64,000 nucleotides of DNA from Hypanus sabinus (taxonomy: Eukaryota), in assembly GCF_030144855.1 (NCBI RefSeq), contig NC_082718.1, positions 5,394,001 to 5,458,000 of the forward strand, written 5' to 3'. The translations under genes were made by a program, and so were the position numbers. Shown here one piece after another: positions 60,749-64,000 of the stretch. The first letter of the stretch is position 1. Every line of letters begins with the position of its first letter. The notes beneath the pieces are model-generated. The model saw only the letters and a program-made list of their open reading frames with translations. It searched no databases and had not been told where the DNA came from.

Positions 60749-61804
60749 GAGGCTATCCAGCTGTCCCACCATCCGCACAGTGCGTACAAGGCAGCAGTAA
60801 ACCACAGTCACTCAAAAAAGGACGCAGTCAAAGTCCCTGCATTCAGGAACGCTGCAGCCAAACATAACACAGCTTGTCCTCCACTGAGCAAACACTGAGG
60901 ACAGTTCTAACGTCTCCGGCACTGACTGACGTTCCTCTAGCATTTTACCGGTACACAAAATCTTTTGGTCCACCTCCTGTTGAAGATTATGTATGCAAAC
61001 AACCCTGATAGTGTCTACATTTCAGAAGTAATTGGCTGGGAAGGTCTCTGCGTTAATACCCAAGATATGATTGGTGTTAAATAAATGTAAACTTCATATT
61101 TCTTATCATTGCTTTAATTTTAGATAAATGGGATAATTAAGTCATTTGATTGTTTTATTTGTCCGCTGTGTTAAATTCTGATCACGTTATCATTTTGAAA
61201 ATTAAAATGTTCCAATACCGAGCACTACTACTTATTATAGAAGAGACGGAGAAGAAGTAAGATTGAGGCCTGTTTATCCATGAGTATGGCCACTTGTTGC
61301 ATACTTGTGTCTAAGTCAGAAGGTTGAGGGTTTCCACCCTGGTTCAGAGAAACGTCTCATTTCCATGTGTATATGTTATACATTATATTACAAGTATAAA
61401 GTTAAATGACAGTAAACACGGGGTACAGGTGAGACTGGTGTTGTGTACACATTTAGCCCTAAGGAGTGGTGTGATTCAGAGAGGGTTAATCTATAGCCCA
61501 CTAGACTAGTATTTGGAATGGGTGAGTTGCCTTAGGATAAATGGTTGACCAGGCTATGAGTTTAGAAGATCAAAGGGAACTTGATTAGAATGCATAGGAT
61601 CCTGAAGGGCCTGGATGAGATACAGGGGTGGAGGATATTTCCGTAAAAGAATCTAAAACAAGGGATCATTGTCTAAACATTAGGGATCACCTTTTCAGAT
61701 GGACGAGGAGAAATATTTTTCTCTCAGATGTGTCTTGAAACTCTTCCCCAGTAAAGGCAGACAATTTGTAAATGTTTTTTTAAAGACAAATTATACATAG
61801 ATCC

Positions 61805-61945
61805 TTACCAGCCGGTGCTGTAGTGGTATCTGCTCCGGACTTCGAGGAGAGTGGCCCAGGGTTCAAATCCAGCCGGCTCCTTGCCCACTTTCCAGCCGTG
61901 CTGGGTTGTGCATCGAGCTAGCAACTTGGCCTCGTAGACAAACGC
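61805..61945 (+). mobile_element. tRNA-derived SINE head
   Basis: A box tgtagtggtatc and B box ggttcaaatcc, with no complete cloverleaf. Confidence 0.6.
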
Positions 61946-63409
61946 CAAGCTCTCCACCCAGTGCACCACAAGGCATGAAGAGGAACCATAACATAAATCC
62001 TTCCAAAGCAAAAATAATATCATGACTAATCTGACTTATTTTATGTCGAGGTAATTTTACAGGGAGATATACATGATCTCATTTAAGATGGACAGTTTGA
62101 CTGGCCTATTCCTGCTCATAATTTGTGTTTTTTGGATATACCATTGGGACGGATTCCCTTAATGGAGAACGCTTGTGCGTGGCTTTGTTTAACGTGAGGA
62201 AGCTGAAGTACAGGAAGCCACCACACACTTGACAGACCCTGTACCACGACGAAGTGACAATCCGTGGAGAAGATGTGCCATCATGGAATGGAAACTGAAC
62301 TGCAGGTGCAAATTGTTAGATAGCTGTGGAACTTCCCAAACATGCCGTCTCTACTATCATGGCCAAGGGCAGCCGGCGCTGAGGAGCAAAACTTGCAGGT
62401 TCCCCTGAAAGCCACCTCCATCCTGCCTGGCGAAGAAATCGCCCAGCGCTGTTGTGGGAGCACAATCACCAGAAGAACTGCAATGGTCAGGAAGGCGGCT
62501 CGTAGCCACCATCCCTAGGCCAAATGGGAATGGGGAATCAATAGTGGCTCTGGCAGCTGTACCCACAGCAGGGAAAGAAATGAATAACTGAGCCAATCAG
62601 GATCCTGCACACCCAGTACGTTACAGATGACCATGTGCCTCACCCTGTGAACCTTGCCAGTGGAAATAACAGAAAGATGCATCTCAGCATGAAGTTTCGG
62701 ATAAACCCTTGGTCTCATCCCACAGCTCTCGTAGATAAGCAAATGTCAGTGTAAATAGTTTATCTGTCGATGCAAATTCAAATAGTGAGAGTTTTTAAAT
62801 GTGATTATTTAAATATGTTTGCTTTGATCAAACCTTTTTCTTTCCCAATGAATCTCAAGGCAGTATTTGAAGATAATTGTCTTTGATCTTTAGTCATACT
62901 TGGCTTAGTTCTAGGTTCAGACACATAAAGAGGGGCTGGAAGTGAAATGAAGATCAGGTTGCAGGCATTTGTTTTGGAGGTTGTCCAGGAATGGCAAGGA
63001 GATAAAGTTTTGCAGGTAAACAGAAGCAGTGACTTCAGCCTCTGTGTTTTTCCCAAAACATAACCTCTTGGCGGGTTAGATCTCAGAAGGCGTCGTTAGC
63101 AATGTGAGATTAAACCTCGCACATTCCATCATGCTGCCTTCGAATTACCTCATGTGTAACTGAAGTCTGACTCTTGTACGATGTCAGAGCCAGTAATAAG
63201 ATCTTCACCTTCTGTAACCAAAGCTCAGCTCAGTTCTGGCATGATTGATATCAAAGCTGGGAGCATAACCGAGAAAAAAGGAATCCAATTACTCCAAGGT
63301 AGGTGACAAATTCAAGGAATGAACTGTCAGTTGTTTGTCTGAAAAAGTGATCCAGCAGGAAATTGATGTTAAATTAATCTTTTATTTGTTAACTATCAGC
63401 TCTACTATA

Positions 63410-63950
63410 TACACCCAGTGGCCACTTTATTAGGTACAGCTGTACACATGCTAGGTAATGCAATTAACTAGTCAGCCAATCATGTAGCACCAACTCGATG
63501 CATTAAAGCATGCAGATGTGGTCAAGAGGTTCAATTGTTGTTCAGACTGAACATCAGAATGTGGAAGAAATACAATCTAAGTGACTTTAGCCGTGGAATG
63601 ATTGTTGGTGCCAGATGGGGTGTTTTGAGTATCTCAGAAACTGCTAATCTCCTGGGAATTTCACACACAACAGTCTCTAGAGTTTACAGAGAATGGTGTA
63701 AAAGAACAAAACGTCCAGTCAGTGGCCGGTCTACAGGTGAAAATGCCAAACAAATGAGAAAGATCAGAGGAGAATGGGCAGACTGGTTCAAGCCGATGTG
63801 AAGGCAACAGTGACACAAATCAGCACATATTACAACAGTGGTGTGCAGAAGAGCATCTCCAAATGAACAACTCAACGAAGCTTGAAGTGGACGGGCTACA
63901 GCCGCAGAAGACCACGAACATACACTCAATGCTCACTTTATTATCTGCAG
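63410..63950 (+). mobile_element. Tc1/mariner-family remnant (TIR-like end and N-terminal HTH)
   Basis: ta-tacacccagtggccactttattaggtac terminus; LSDFSRGMIVGAR..VLSISETANLLGISHTTVSRVYREW (Tc1 paired-like HTH). Confidence 0.85.
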
Positions 63951-64000
63951 GAGGTTCGCTCAATTGCCACATTATTGGTAAGTGCCGAGTGTCGGTATTC

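Noticed and set aside
61805-61880. tRNA gene
   Set aside because: Has A/B boxes but no complete cloverleaf, and continues into a SINE-like body; called a SINE.

Overview
Eukaryotic, repeat-dense vertebrate DNA with three N-gaps. The mix of CR1, Rex1/Babar, L1, Penelope and tRNA-SINE repeats suggests a cartilaginous fish (inference). Two + strand host genes can be assembled by hand from splice signals. (1) An 8-coding-exon gene at 13915-38090 (2868 nt, 955 aa, all exon phases compatible, no internal stop): signal peptide, B7/butyrophilin-type IgV domain, transmembrane helix, 30-nt linker exon, NACHT NTPase, about 6 LRRs and an NLRX1-like C-terminal helical bundle. This predicts a type I membrane 'receptor NLR' with an Ig ectodomain in place of a death-fold or targeting N-terminus. 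(2) A 4-coding-exon legumain-derived ORF at 55241-59318 (136 aa) behind a CpG promoter at about 53.0 kb. It encodes only the C-terminal prodomain/LSAM; I found no catalytic-domain exons. The rest is decayed retroelements, two solo LTRs with TSDs, Penelope termini carrying minimal hammerhead ribozyme motifs (some in inverted or palindromic arrangement), a Tc1 remnant and minisatellites. All family assignments come from motif recognition and recall of reference proteins, not from database searches. Repeat boundaries are approximate.
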